Source: the human T2T-CHM13v2.0 reference genome, Homo sapiens
Assembly: GCF_009914755.1 (NCBI RefSeq)
Contig: NC_060925.1
Reading direction: 5' to 3' (one strand)
Length of the DNA stretch: 64,000 nucleotides
Position 1 is the first letter of the stretch; each line of letters starts with the position of its first letter. Position numbers and translations under genes: made by a program. Below the pieces are notes generated by a model. It was given only the letters and a program-made list of their open reading frames with translations, had not been told where the DNA came from and did not search any database. Of the stretch, positions 41,140 to 56,415 are shown piece after piece.

Positions 41140-41335
41140 GATGTAGGTTCAGACCCAGCTCCTCCTTCTTACCACTTATGTGACTCTGGGCAAAGCCACT
41201 GTGCCTCTCAGGGTCTCCCTGAGCCTCCTCTCCTGCACAATGGAGATCATCCTGGCATCGACTCCCTAGGGATGTCATCAGGCATGTGTGAGATAACACT
41301 TAGGAAACCTGTGGGCTGGTATCACACGTAGGTAA
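41140..41335 (+). mobile_element. MIR
   Basis: ggttcagacccagctc...tgtgactctgggcaa...acaatggagat core. Confidence 0.65.
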
Positions 41336-41576
41336 TGGACAAATTAGACATGAAATGCATGAAGGGATGGTAGGAATTATCATGGAACACAACTAAAAAG
41401 AGGCCTGGTTTCCTGCCATGTGATCTTTGAAATGTCCCATTCCTCCTGGCCTCATTTCCCTGTGTGTACTATTAGAGGGCTGAAATTTAGTAAATTCTGA
41501 TATTGTCATCCTCATCAGCGCTTGTGACGGTTAAATGTTTGTTTACATTCAGACCCGAGTGCCACGTCTCAGCCTA

Positions 41577-42169
41577 TGTGGTAGGAGCCACCTCAATGGC
41601 TCCAAGAGGTTCCCCCACCTCCTGGTGTACACATCCTTGTGTCATGTCCTCCCCTGGAGTATGGACTGACTTAGTGACTCACTTCTAACCAATAGAATAT
41701 AGCAGAAGGGATGAGATGTCACTTCCAAGATTCAGTTATAAAATGTCCATGACTAGTATCTTGCTCTTTCTCTCCTCTGTTCTCCTTTCCTTTCTCTGTG
41801 TTGTCCTCTCTCTGTCTCTCCCTCTCTCAGATCCCTGACTCTGGGGAATCAGCTGCTGTGTTATGAGCTGCCCTATGGAGAGGCTCATGTGTCCTAGGAT
41901 ATAGAGAGGGAAATGGACAGAGGGGAGCTCAGGCCATCAGTCCTAACTGAATCCTTCCAGTAACTATATGAGTGGGCTTAGCATTGGATCCAGCCCCACT
42001 CGAGCCTCAGTTGAGACCACAGCCCCAGCCTCCTGAGAGATATCATGGCAGAAGCACCCAGATAAGTCCTGCTGGATTCCTGGGCCCCAGAAACAGGAAG
42101 ATCTACGTGTTTGTTGCAAGCCTCTAAGATTGGGATAATGCTTTCATACAGCTGTAGATTACTAATGCA
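41577..42169 (+). mobile_element. MLT1E/F-like LTR
   Basis: tgtggtagg...gtgactcacttctaaccaatagaat...actaatgca. Confidence 0.7.
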
Positions 42170-43357
42170 GGGCCATCCAGAATCCACCCCTGCCTTTAGC
42201 CTCCCTCCCCTCCTCTACTTGCAAGCTCTCTCCAGCCACGCTGGCCCTCTTTCTACCTCCTCTCTGGCCAAACTCACTTTTTCCTGGACTTTTTGGCCAT
42301 TGATCCTTCCCCTGGCACACTGGTCTCGGACTTTCGCAGGGCCGGTCCCAATTATCCTTCTCAGTATAAATTTCACCTCAGTGAGGCCTTTTCAGACCTA
42401 CCTCCCACTCTTGAAGTGATCTTCATCTCCCCTTCGTAGCACTGTGCTTTATTTCAATATTATGCTCGCACTTTTCCTCTATTTTAATGATTCCGTCCCT
42501 CCTCCTCCCCTCCAGACTGTGAGCTCCTGGAGGACAAGGGCCATGTCATTCATTCACTGAGAGACCCAGACCATACTTAGCCCTGGAACAAGATAAGTGC
42601 TTGGGACCTAGTTACTGAATGAGTAAATGAGAGGATCTCAAGCCCCTTGTCCCAACTTTCCTCCATCTGACCAGCTCACACTGTGGAGATGAATGCTCAC
42701 AACAGGAAGTGAGGTCTGGTTGGTGGCAAGAAAATGGCCAGAATGACCCCTGGGTGGCTCCTCCCTGGCTCCAGTTGCTCCAGCAGAGCACTGTGGGCAC
42801 AGCCTCCCTGGTGGCCAGTGCTAGCCCTGCACCTAAGGGAGAAAAACCATGAGCAGAACACCTTTGTTGAATGACTTCAAGGCATCAGCTCTCTCAGGTC
42901 CTAGCAGGGCAAAGGAGCAACACCCATGAGATCCGGAGTCATTGATGGGAGCCTTAGGACATTTTCTTGTTCCTTTACTGCCAGCACTGGTACTGGGGTC
43001 CAGTTCACTCATGAGGCCACATCACTACAGTCAGGTCAATGACTCTGCCTCAGCTTCCAAATGAAGCTCTCGAGGCTCGAACAGGTGGTCTTTGTCTTTG
43101 TTCAAGGATGACACACGGTCCTCCACCACATTCTTCTGTCCCCCAAGTCTCAGTCCTCCAAGCTCACACACCTGTCTCTCCTGCCAGCCCTTTAGACCTG
43201 ATTATATTCCCACAGCATCTCCCAGCCCGGACCTACCTGGTCCTAGGTATTTTCCAGAATCAGCCTCCTGCTTTGCCTTCTCTGTTTACTTAGTCTCCAT
43301 GATTGTCCTAATATGTGTTACTTCACTCTAAGTCTCAGGGGACACCTCTGATATTGA

Positions 43358-43655
<298 letters not shown>

Positions 43656-43953
43656 TGATAATGCTTTTGGTAACCCATTGGCCCTCCCTTTTCTGGCCAA
43701 TCTGCCATCATCTGCTCTTGGTTCTGTGCACAGCCTTGACTGCAGTCACCTGCAACTCCGGGTAACAAACCTTCCCAGCATGCTAACTCTGGGGGACCCA
43801 CACTAACCAAGGTAGCCCCTGTACACCCCATCATCCCCACATGGGACAGGGTTTTAGATATCTAAAAATGTATAGGGAAGAAAAGGGGTCTCACCCTATC
43901 TTAGCTAGAAAATGATTATGAATTCCTGACAAATTGGTTTTAAAACGTGGTTT

Positions 43954-44630
43954 CACTTTTCCTAAGGTGGCACTCAGCAAGGAGAAGGCCATGTTTAGTC
44001 GAGCACCAGGATCATGAAGCCCAAGAGCGAGAAGCCAGACAAGTTCAAGTCCGGTATCTCCCAGGCTCTTCTGGAGCTGGAGATTAACTCACACCTCAAG
44101 GTTCAGTTCAGGGAGCTGAATATTACAGCAGCCAAGGAAACTGAAGATGGTGGTGGTGGGAAAGCTATCATAATTTTTGTTCCCTTTCCTCAACTGAAAT
44201 CTTTCCAGAAAATCCAAGTCTGGCTAGTACGTGAATTGGAGAAAAAGTTTGGGGGAAGCATGTTGTCTTTATTGCTCAGAGGAGAATTCTGCCTAAGCCA
44301 ACCCGAAAAAGCTGTACAAAAAATAAGCAAAAGCATCCCAGGAGCCGTACCCTGAAAGCCATGCATGACTCAATCCCCGAGGACTTGGTCTTCCCAAGTG
44401 AAATTGTGGGCAAGAGAATCCACGTGAAACTGGATGGCAGCCGTCTCATAAAGGCTCATTTGGACAAAGCGCAGCAAAACAATGTGGAACGCAACGTTGA
44501 AACTTTTTCTGGTGTCTACATGAAGCTCACAGGCAAGGATATAAATGTTGAATTCCCAGAGTTTCAACTCTAAACAAAAATGACTAAATAAAGTGTATTC
44601 ACAGTAAAAAAAAAAAAAAAAAAAAAAAAA
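43954..44630 (+). pseudogene. RPS7: Processed pseudogene of 40S ribosomal protein S7 (eS7)
   Basis: [49 protein letters not shown]; ATG at 43991, stop at 44571-44573; frameshifts; AATAAA at 44587; poly-A; TSD aaaacgtggttt/aaaatgtggctt. Confidence 0.96.
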
Positions 44631-44843
44631 TGTGGCTTATCCTGCTTGGTGGGATAAGAAAAGTTGGCAGCAAAAAATATAATCTGCAAAATTCTGATAC
44701 AAACAGCAAAGAATCATTTCAACAATATGACCATATAGATGCTTCTCTTTTATGTGTATGACTATCACTTAAAATATGGAATTTAAGGTAAAGCGAACTC
44801 TGCTTTTTAGGGATGGCTGGAATAAGGACATTCTGTTGTTTAC

Positions 44844-45120
44844 TTTTTTTTTCTTTTTTTTTGAGACGGAGTCTCGCTCTTGTTGCCCAGGCTGGGGTGC
44901 AGTGGCGCAACCTTGGCTCACGTGATTCTCCTGCCTCAGGCTCTGGAATAGCTGGGATTACAGGCATGCACTACCATGCCCAGCTAATTTTTGTATTTTT
45001 AATAGAGACGGGGTTTCACCATGTTGACCAGGCTTGCCTCAAACCCCTGACCTCAGGTGATCTGCCTGCTTCAGCCTCCCAAAGTTCTGAGATTACAAGC
45101 GTGAGCCACCATGCCCAGCC
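44844..45120 (-). mobile_element. AluS
   Basis: Reverse Alu consensus. Confidence 0.9.
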
Positions 45121-45709
45121 TTGTTTGCTTTTCAAAATGCTTTCTAACCCGAAAGGAACCTTAGAAAGCAAGTGGTCAAATCCTCACCTTTCACAGGTGA
45201 GGCAGCTAAGGCCCAAAGAAAGGTTGTGTCTTGCCTAATGTCACCAATCCCTTCACCTATCTTGCAAAATGGACATTATCTTATTCTTCTTGCTATCTTC
45301 AGATTCCAAGCTGGTGCTTTTTATATACAGTAGTAGGTGCTCAATTAATCTAATTTAGAAGAACTGAACTTTATTTAACACTGTTAACAATGTCTTGAGA
45401 TTTTCTTACTACTCGTTGTAGGTTCACCTTTGTTTCTGGTGACCCATGGCAAAATAATATTTATTGAGCACAGTAATTTGAAATAAACAAGGCTCCTTTC
45501 CTGACACTAAGCAGGGAGGAATTATGCTGACAATTCTGATTAGCTTTCTGTATCCTCTCTGAGAAACAGCACTCTAAAACCATCTTAGCTGGGCTCAGAA
45601 CAGCCCAGACTGTAATATTATTTACCAGTTAATTGGAGGCAGGAAGCCAGCTCTGCTGCCCAACACACACACCAGCAGAGACTTCAGAAGACCTTTATCC
45701 ATCGCCAGA

Positions 45710-45762
45710 ATGGCTGAACCCAGGCGCTTTCTACGGCTCTCTTTCCTCTTGGTCAGCTCCAA
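45710..45762 (+). other. Candidate signal-peptide first exon MAEPRRFLRLSFLLVSS
   Basis: agaATGG Kozak-like start; basic then hydrophobic stretch; followed by gtatga donor; paralog at 995-948. Confidence 0.4.
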
Positions 45763-47137
45763 GTATGAGATTTATGAACGTTGAAGAGGTTCCCAGTGCT
45801 GTTAAAAGGTAGGTCTTCCAGAATATTAGTTTCTGTGGAACTAAAGCTTAATGACAGGACTTCATTTACAAAACAATAATTATATGGAGCAAAAAAACCA
45901 CACTGATATGGCTGTAACTTAATGGTGTTGTTTTTGTTAAACACTTAATTTTAAAGTAAGATGGTCTCAAACAAATATGTTTTTCTGAAAAATGAGCATG
46001 TTGGTGAATTTGACCTTTTCTCTGATGATGCTCTAAAGATCTGATCTTCTGGAAGAACAGAAATAAAAGATATCAACAAATCACCAAAAGGATTGTATGA
46101 TAATTGTGAAAATTGCTATTATCCAATTTTGCTAGAGTCTCTTTAAAAATGGAGTTAATAGTGGCCTTTCACAGTTTCTAATTCTTGGGTTTAAAACTGA
46201 GAAGACTGTGTTCTTTTTTTAGCTGTGTGCCCTGTGAAAATACTGTTTATTGCATGACATGTGAAAAAACAGCTGTATTCAGAAAATTAGGATCATATCT
46301 CAAAAGGCAAACAAATTAGTATCTTTCTTAACCAAAGTTATCTGCATCACCAAATGCAGAAAATAATTTGAGTCTTGGCTCTCCGTAAAATAGTAGAAAA
46401 CTAGAACCATTCTAGACCATAGATGCCTTCATCTATTAGGGCTTAATTCTATCCTAGAGCCCCAGGTCGGGCTGATAGAAGTTTTTTTGTTTGTTTGTTT
46501 GTTTTGTCTCATAAAGTTAAGAATAAAATTGGCTTGCAATTTACGATTAAACTTTTGTGATTATATTTCATGGGTGGGGGTACATCTGTAAGTTTTCTTG
46601 GTAGCAGTTTTAGGATTTTTCTCTAAGGGGCACGTGATATACAAGAGCTTGTGGTGGGTAGCTCATGCTGCCTTCAGATTGACTTTGCGTCTTGTCAAGC
46701 CTTGCAGGCACTAATTCACCTAACACTAAGTTTCTATTCCTCAATCAAAAATATAAGCATCAGGCCAGACATAATGGCTCATGCCTGAACTCCCTGCACT
46801 TTGGGAGGCTGAGTGCTTGAGCCCAGGAGTTCAAGATCAGCCCGCGCAACATAGCAAGACCCTCTTCTCTTATTATATTATAAATATAAAAATATTTTTT
46901 CAAATAACTCTGACTCCTGAAGCAATTTAATGGATTTAATTTTACAGAAGGTAGATTTTTAACTTCTTTATTCTAATAAAAGACAAAAAAAGCATTTGGA
47001 GGCTTAATGCAAATTATTTTTTGCTACTAAAGTGAAAGCAGACCTAGTACATCTAGGTGTATAATTTCACCAACTAACAACTAAATATTATCTCCAAAAT
47101 AGTTATTTTTTAAAAAATCAGAATGCCAGAGCCCCCA

Positions 47138-49982
47138 TTTTAACAACTTTATTGAAATATAATTTACATTCTATGTAATTCCCAGTTTAAATTGTGCTAT
47201 TCATTGGCTTTAGTGCATTCACAGTTATGCAACCAACACCACAATCAATTCTGAAATATTTTTATCAACCCCAAAAGAATCCTCATACCTATTATCAGTT
47301 ACTTCCCAACCTCTTACTCCTGGCCCTAGGCAAACAATAATTTATTTTCTGACTCTCTAGATTTACCTTCTCTGGAGATATTCCATAATGGAATTATACA
47401 GTGTATAGTCTTTGTGATTGATTTATTTCACTTGGCATAATGTTTTCAAGGTTTGTCAATATTATAACATGGATCAGCACTTCCTTTTTGTTTCTGAGTA
47501 GTATTCCATTGTATGAATATTGGCACATTCTATTTATTCACACGTGTTGATGGACATTTCCATTATTTTCACTTTTTGGTGATTATAAATAATGCTACTT
47601 TGAACATTTATGTCTAAGTTTTGATATGAACATCTGTTTTTATTTTTCTTGTGTATGTCTAAGGGTGGAATTGCCCTTAGATATAGGGCAATTAACAATT
47701 AACACCCCTGTGTTATAATTGCCCTATATCCAGGGCAGTTAAATTGTCATATATCCCAGGGCAATTAAATTCTATACACCTAGAAGTACTAGGTCTGATT
47801 TTGCATTAGTACCAAAAAAATTTTCATTAAGCCTCCAAATGTTATTTTTCTTTCATTGGAATAAATTTTTCAGTTTGATTGCCCTTAGATGTAGGGCAAT
47901 TATAATACAGAGGTGTTATATGGTAATATTATGCTTAACATTTTAAAGAATGGTCAAATTGTGTTCCAAAACATTAGAGCCCTGTCAATGTAAAAGTTGA
48001 ATTTTCGACAAGAGACTTCCTTTGTGACAGAGCTCCCAGGAGAGCCATTCCACACCTACTTTAGCCCATCCAGATACATCTCATAAGGATTCAAAAATTT
48101 GCATCATTACATTTCTGAAATTACATTCTTATGCAAAAAAGATAACACTTTCTCTCTTCTCTCATGTACCTATAAATTTCATCATATAAAATTAAATGCA
48201 AAGTTAAAACTTAAATATGTCTACTTTTAAATCATGGCAATTAAAAAGTAATTCCTTGTGCTTTCAAATTTTTTAATTAAGTCAAAAGGTCATCCATTGG
48301 TGCACATTTTAAAAAATTTTTTATGGTCTTTTTTTAATTTCTTGTGTCTTTAGTGTCATATTTAAAAATCACTACCAAATCCAATGTTCTGAATCATTTG
48401 CTTATGTTTTTGTCTAAGAGTTTTCTAGTTTCATGTCTTACATTTAGGTCTTTGTTACATTTTGAGGTAATTTTTGAATATGGTGTTAGGTAAGGGTTCA
48501 GCTTCATTCTTTTGCATATGGATGTATAATTTTCCCACCACCATTTGTTGAAAAGACTGTCCTTTCTCCATAGAATGGTCTTGGCACCCTTGTCATAAAT
48601 GATTTTACCATGTATGTGAGGATTTATTTCTGATCTCTCTAGTTTGTTCTATTGGTCTCTACGTCTGTCTTTAAGACAGTACAACACTGTTTTGATTACT
48701 GTGGCTTTGCAGTAAGTTTTGGAATAAGAAAGTGTCAGTCTTCCAGCTTTGTTATTTTTCAAGATTGTTTTTGCTATTCCAGGTCTCCTGAGATTGCATA
48801 TAAATTTTAAAATGAGGGTTTTTTTATTTCTGCAAACAATGTCATTGGAACTTTTATAGGGAATACATTGATCTATAGATCACCTTGTGTGGTATTAACA
48901 TGTTAACAATATTAAGTCCTCCAATCTGTGAACATGGGATGTGGTTCCATTTATTCATGTCTTCATTAATTTCTTTCAGCAGTATTTTATAGTTTTCATT
49001 ATACTAGTCTGTCATCTTCTTGGTTAAATTAATTCCTAAGTATTTTATTATGTTTGATGCTATTATAAGTGGAATTGTTTTCATAATTTCCTTTTTTAAT
49101 TGTTCATTATTAGTGTATAAAATGCAGCTGATTTTTTTATTTGTCACTTTGTATCCTATTTGCTGAATTCATTTATTAGTTCTAACAACTGTGTGAAATC
49201 TTTAGGAATATAATATCTGGTCATCTGCAGAGATAATTTTACTTCTTCCTTTCTTATTTGAATGCCCCTTTTTTTTCTTGCCTAGGTTCTCTGAATATAT
49301 CTTCTAGTACTATGTTCATTAGAATTGGTGAAAGTGGACATCCTTGTCTTGTTCCCAATCCTAGAGAAAAACTTTTAGTCTTTCACCAATGAATATGATG
49401 TTTGCTGGGGTTTTTTTCATATGTGGCTTTTGTTATTTTGAGGTAATTTCCTTCTATTCGTAGTTTGTTAAGTGTTATTACCATGAATCGGTTTTGAATT
49501 TTGTTAAATGCCTTTTCTGCATCCATTGAGATGATTATATGTTTTTTCCTTCATTCTGTTAATGTAATGTATTACATTGATTGATATTCATATGTTGAAC
49601 CATCCTTGCCTTCCAAGAATTCATTCTACTTGGCCATAGTGTATAATCTTTTTAGTATGCTGCTGAATTTGGTTTGTTAGTAATTTTTTTAGTATTTTTG
49701 CATCAATGTGCATAAGAGCTACTGGTCTGTAGTTTTGTTTTCTCATAGTGTCTTTGGTTTTGGTTTCAGGACTCTGATGAGTTAGGAGGTATTCCCTTCT
49801 CTTCAAGTTTTTAGAAAAGTTTGGTAAAAATTGTTGGTAGTTCTTTAAATATTTGATAGAATTTACCAGTGAAACTATCAGGTCCATGGCTTTTCTTAAT
49901 TGGAAAATTTTTGATTATTGATTTATTCCACTTACAAGTTATAGGTATATTCAGATTTTCTATTCCTTCATGATTTAGCCTT
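47138..49982 (-). mobile_element. L1MB-type antisense element (3' end plus ORF2 part), with interruptions
   Basis: Minus ORF 49621-49887 gives [15 protein letters not shown], the L1 RT N-terminal motif. Confidence 0.88.
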
Positions 49983-49984
49983 TA

Positions 49985-50357
49985 AAATGAAAATTCTGAT
50001 ATATGCTACAACATGGATGAAACTTGAGGACTTTATAAATGAAATAAGCCAGTTACAAAAGACAAATACTATGTGATTGCACTAATATGATGTACTCAGC
50101 ATAGTCAAAATCATAGAGGCAGAAAGTAGAATGGTGGTTGCCAAGTGCCAAGGTTAAGGGAGTAATAGGAAGTTATTATTTAATGAGTGTAGGATTTCAG
50201 TTTTACAAGATAAAAAGGGTTCAGGAGATGGATGGTGGTGATAGTGACACATTATGAATGTATTTAATACCACTGAACTGTACACTTGAAAATGATTAAG
50301 ATGGTAAACTTTACATTATGTGTGTTTTACCACAAATTTTTTAAATTGGAAAATAAA
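49985..50357 (+). mobile_element. L1MB 3' end
   Basis: atatgctacaacatggatgaa...ccactgaactgtacactt. Confidence 0.8.
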
Positions 50358-50438
50358 TTAAAAGGACATTTTAATTCTCAGACAAGTCCAAAATGCTGCT
50401 AACTCTCTATCCTGCCAATATTTTTGAGGGCAATTTGA

Positions 50439-50794
<356 letters not shown>

Positions 50795-51002
50795 TGTTCA
50801 CCATTTTTTTCTCTGCCTTCTTACTCTTAATTTCTTAAATATTTCCACAGCTACTTTGATTCTCTCAACATATATATGAGGTTAAGGTTTAGAATTTGAA
50901 CTTCTTAGAAAGAATTTTAACAAAATTATTTGCTACTTAGGAATTAAGTATGTAAAATATATGTTCATGTGTACTTTATTTGGCAATTTTAAAATATTGT
51001 GG

Positions 51003-51398
51003 TGGACTGGATAAAGAAAATGTGGTACATATACACCATGGAATACTATACAGCCATAAAAAGGAACAAAATTATGTCTTTGCAGCAACACAGATGGAGC
51101 TAGAGGCCTTTATTCTAAGTGAATTAATGCAGGAACAGAAAGCCAAATACTGCATGTTCTCATTTATAAGTGAGAGCTAAATATTAAGTACACATGGACA
51201 CAAAAAAGGGAACAATAGACCCAGGCCTACCTTGAGGGTGGAGGGAAAATGAGGTTTGAAAAACTACCTATCAGGTACTATTCCCACTAACTGGGTGACA
51301 AAATAATCTGTATACCAAACCCCCACAATACACAGTTTACCCACTTAACAAATCTGCACATACACACCCTGAAAGTAAAATAAAAGTTGGAAAAAAAT
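51003..51398 (+). mobile_element. L1PA/PB 3' end
   Basis: ggataaagaaaatgtggtacatatacaccatggaatactat. Confidence 0.85.
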
Positions 51399-52651
51399 TA
51401 TGATAGAATGAATGTAATGTAAAATTTACCATTTCAACCATTTTTAAGTGTATGGGTCAGCGACATTCAGTGCAATCACACTGTTATGCAAATAGCACCA
51501 CAATCTTTTTCAGAACTTTTTATCATCCCAAAGTGAAATTCTGTGCCCACTAACAATTAACTCCCCTTTCCCCCACTATATCCAGCTCTTGGTAAACTCC
51601 AGGCCACATTCTATCTATGAATTTTCTTATTCTAGGAACTTCATATAAGTGGAATCATGCAATATTTGCACTTTTGTGTCTGGCTTATTTCATTTAGCAT
51701 AATGTTTTCAAGGTTATCCATGTGGTAGCATGCACCAGAGCCTCCTTCTTGTTTAACGATTAACCATATCCCATCACATGTGATGATGTGTACTTCCACA
51801 GTGAATAATTTAGATAGTCTTCTCTATGAACACTTAACTGAAAGGCAAGGCAAGTTATTCATAAAAGAGAGTAGAAATAGCAACATGAAATTCTCCCTAA
51901 TTTAACCAACCTTCTAAGTAAAACACAAAAAAGATGAAGAGAAATCAGCGCTTATTTGCTTCTCAAATATCAATCATATGGAAAATATTACACCAGGTGG
52001 TGCAATAAAAATATTGGAAAGAAATTCCTCAACTATCTGTTGGGAAATGCTGGAATAATCAACATGACTTCTATCTTATATTTATATATATATTTATATT
52101 CCTGGGCAGAAATGAAAACTTTATTTACTCAGGTTTGTCCCTTTTATTTAACTCTGCTTATTTTGATCAACTATTTAATGGTAATAAAAAGCTCTGCATT
52201 TAGCTTATTTTCCACTTTGTTTCATTGAACTAATAGAATATGTAGTTTCCTTTTGGTGTTAAGTGGTTTATGCTCGGCAGTATGTGGCTCGCTATGTAAG
52301 TCAAAGACTAAGGACATGTTGATTTGAAAAGAAACATCTGCTCACCTTAGTTTTAAAAAGATAGAAAGGAGATTAACTTCACTTGAGGCAGATGGAGTGC
52401 TGTCCCCTGAGGAAGCTTGACAGCCTCGGTGCACAGGGTGGGTGATGGTTTCACCTGAGATACATAAATAAACTCTCCTCCAATACCCTTTTTCACTTGT
52501 GATAGTTTATTTCAATTAAAGGAAGGCTTTCCCCTGCTCTGTAATGAGTGACTCTTGGCATGAAGCATGTGAGATTTCTCCATTCATTAATTTGGTTTTC
52601 AATCTCAGATTTTCAACTGAAAAAAAAAAAATACATAAAAAGAAAATGACC

Positions 52652-52985
52652 CAGCTGGGCACGGTGGCTCATGCCTGTAATGCCAGCACTTTTAGGAGGT
52701 CGAGAAGGGTGGATCACATGAAGCCAGGAGTTCGAGACCAGCCTGGCCAACATGGTGAAACCCCATCTCTACTAAAAATACAAAAATTAGCCAGGCCTGG
52801 TGGCGCACGCTTGTAATCCCAGCCACTCGGGAGGCTGAGGCCAGAGAATTGCTTGAACCTGGGAGGCAGAAGTTGCAGTGATCCAGGATTGACCACTACA
52901 CTCCAACCTGGGTGACAGAGTGAGACTCAGTCTCAAGAACAATGCAGTCTCAAAAAAAAAAAAAAAGAAAGAAAGAAAGAAAGAA
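52652..52985 (+). mobile_element. AluS
   Basis: Alu consensus. Confidence 0.9.
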
Positions 52986-53542
52986 AATGGCCCTTCCCTG
53001 TTTGAATCCAGGGTTTTATACAGCTCTTCAGATGGTCAGTCTAAGTGTCCCACAGCCTGATTTTCTTATGTTTAATGCATCCATAGAAATTTTGTTCCCT
53101 GAAGCACTTCTCAGTTCTGAAATGCAAAATGCTGGGGAGGAGAAATTAATTGAAAGTCATGCTGTGGAGGACAAGGTCTTCTTTAAGGTGAAGAATCAAG
53201 TTGATCCAGCACTGTCCCCAGAGACTGAGTCGTCATAGATCTCCACTTCAAATACTGCCCTCCTCCCTGCCCACATTATCCCGATTATTACTCACTAATC
53301 CGTGAGAATGTCTGGGCAACTTAGGGAGTACCTCCACTACCAACCTTCATATACCTTATTTTGTTTATTCTTTAGCTAATAAGAAAACAGAAGGGAGGAA
53401 TCATCTCATTTTCTTCACTCAACAGCATTATAGTTAGACTGCAACTAGATACAAATTCTGCTTTCACCACTTACTGTGCAATTTCATGTATGCTACATAC
53501 CTCTCTTGTCTCAGGTTCCATATAAAACAGAGACAATAATGG

Positions 53543-54606
53543 CTTTGCAAAAGCAATTGCAACAGAAGCAAAAATTGAAGAATGGGATCTAATTAAACTA
53601 AAGAGCCTCTGCATAGCAAAAGAAACTATCAAAAGAGTGAACATACAACCTACAGAATGGGAGAAAATTTTTGCAATCTACCCATCTGACAAAGGTCTAA
53701 TATCCAGCATCTATAAGGAACTTAAACAAATTTATAAGGAAAAATAACAACCCCATTAAAAAGTGGGCAAAGGACATAAACAGATATTTCTCAAGAAGAC
53801 ATACCTATGGCCAACAGTCATATAAAAAAAACTCAACATCAATGATCATTAGAGAGATGCACATCTGAACCACAATGAGATACCATATCATACTGGTCAG
53901 AATGACTATTATTTAAAAGCCAAAAAATAAGAGTTACTGGCTAGCTTGTAGAGAAAATGACATGCTTATGCACTGTTGGAGTGTAAATGAGTTTAACCAT
54001 TGTGGAAGACAGTGTAACAGCTCCTCGAAGTCCTAAAGACAGAGATACCATTAGACCCAGCAATTCCATTCCTGGGTATATACCCAAAGAAATATAAATC
54101 ATTATATTATAAAGACATATGGACATGTATGTTTATGATTTGCTATTTATTCACAATAAGAAAGACATGGAATCAACCTAAATGCCTATTGATGATAGAC
54201 TAGACAAAGAAAATATGGTACATATACATGGAATACTATGCAGCCATAAAAAAAGAATGAGATCATGTCCTTTGTAGGGACACAAATGGAGCTGGAGGCC
54301 ATTATCCTTAACAAACTAACACAGGAACAGAAAACCAAATATGGCCAGTTCTTACTTGCAAGTGGGAACGAAATGATGAGAACATATGCACACATTGAGG
54401 GGAACAACAGACACTGGGACCTATCGGAGGGTGGAGGGTGGGAAGAGAGAGAGGATCAGGAAAAATAACTAATGGACATTAGGCTTAATACCTGGGTGAT
54501 GAAATAACCTGGGTAACAAACCCCCATGACACACATTTACTTATGTTACAAAGCTGCACATCCTGCACATGTACCGCTGAACTTAAAAGTTACAAAAATT
54601 AAAAAA
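53543..54606 (+). mobile_element. 5'-truncated L1PA/PB inserted in a MIR
   Basis: ORF2 C-terminal region plus 3' UTR; similar flanks aaaacaga..aataatgg. Confidence 0.88.
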
Positions 54607-55956
54607 CAGATAATAATGGTTTTGAAGATTAAATAATAATCCATGTAAAGCAATAATCATCATGAATATACATAGTAAATAGTAACTTAGGGTTCTTTGA
54701 ATCCACTGATTACAAGTTATAGGAAGAAGGCATTTCTCATGATATATTCACTAGTGTAGGCCACTGTCTAGCAGCTATCAGGGTGTCTGGTACATGGTAG
54801 AGGTTCAATAGCGGTGCTGAGTGAGTCAGTGAATAAATGCTTAAAGTTTTATCCTAAGTCACTTGGATAATATTATATGTAAAGTAGGAACATAAAAGAT
54901 ATTTTGTATTAAATTCAGGCTTCTTTCTTTCTTTCTTTCTATCTTCCTATGTCTCTAACCAAAGTTACTTGTGTTGTATTCAGATGTGGAAAAATATCAA
55001 ATGAGGTGATATTTACTTAGAAACTTTTAAGTGACTTTATCTACCAGATGTCACAAAGGCTTAGAAGTCAAAAAATATCTAGACTTATACCTATATTAAG
55101 AAAAGTATTATAACATTCTTTATGAAACCAGATTTTAAAAAATGGTTGTTCCCAACACAGAAACTTCTATAAAGAGAGTAGAAAGATTACAAAACCTAAT
55201 ATTTTAAATGTAATTCAAGAAATCATTTACAAATTGATAATAACATAGCCTCCATGCTTAAATTAGAAGTAAAATGGAAACTCAAGAAAAGAAAAATAAA
55301 TGAAAACCAATTATATGATAAGTTCCTCAAAACCTTTAAAATTAAGAATGAGAAGGATGGCTGATGTCAGTGCTGTTGGTTCTCCCAGAACCCTCCTCTG
55401 TCAGCTTAATGACCTGTCTCTACAACATCAAATGCAGTTCACTTTGGTTCTTTAATGATAACTTCATATGTATAAAATGTAAATTATTGTTAACCATGAG
55501 ACCTTTATAAATGGTCAATAGGAAGGCTGAGTTTTGCTTTGGGGAAGCTCGGGCCAGAACTGAACACAAAGACAGCATATCTCAGCTTCTGCACGTTGCA
55601 TTCATCGGGTTCAAGCCATGGCAAATGAACCGCTTGTGACAATGAATTCATTTTTCCCATGCTGGATATGAGATGGAAGGCATTGTGAAACATACAAACA
55701 GAGAAACATTGATTTGCGGGTTTGCAACTGCTTGAAAGGATTTGGAGAATCATACTGCAGGGCTTACTTGCAGTTTTGAAATCTGAAGACTCTCAAGTTG
55801 GTGTGCACGATTTCCTTAGCCAGCTGAGAAACTGACCCACATGCCGAGTGCACTGTGTCCGCACTCAACCCAGTGTTGCTATTGCTGTTTCCTATTTTCT
55901 CTTGCGTGCATAATCACTGCTATGAAGTACCAGAGTAGCTTTGAAAGTTGGTCATA

Positions 55957-56415
<459 letters not shown>

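Noticed and set aside
42640-42830. Minus-strand VPTVLCWSNWSQ resembling RalGDS CDC25 VPYHCLGSIWSQ
   Set aside because: Too short, wrong orientation relative to the REM exon, and the match does not extend.
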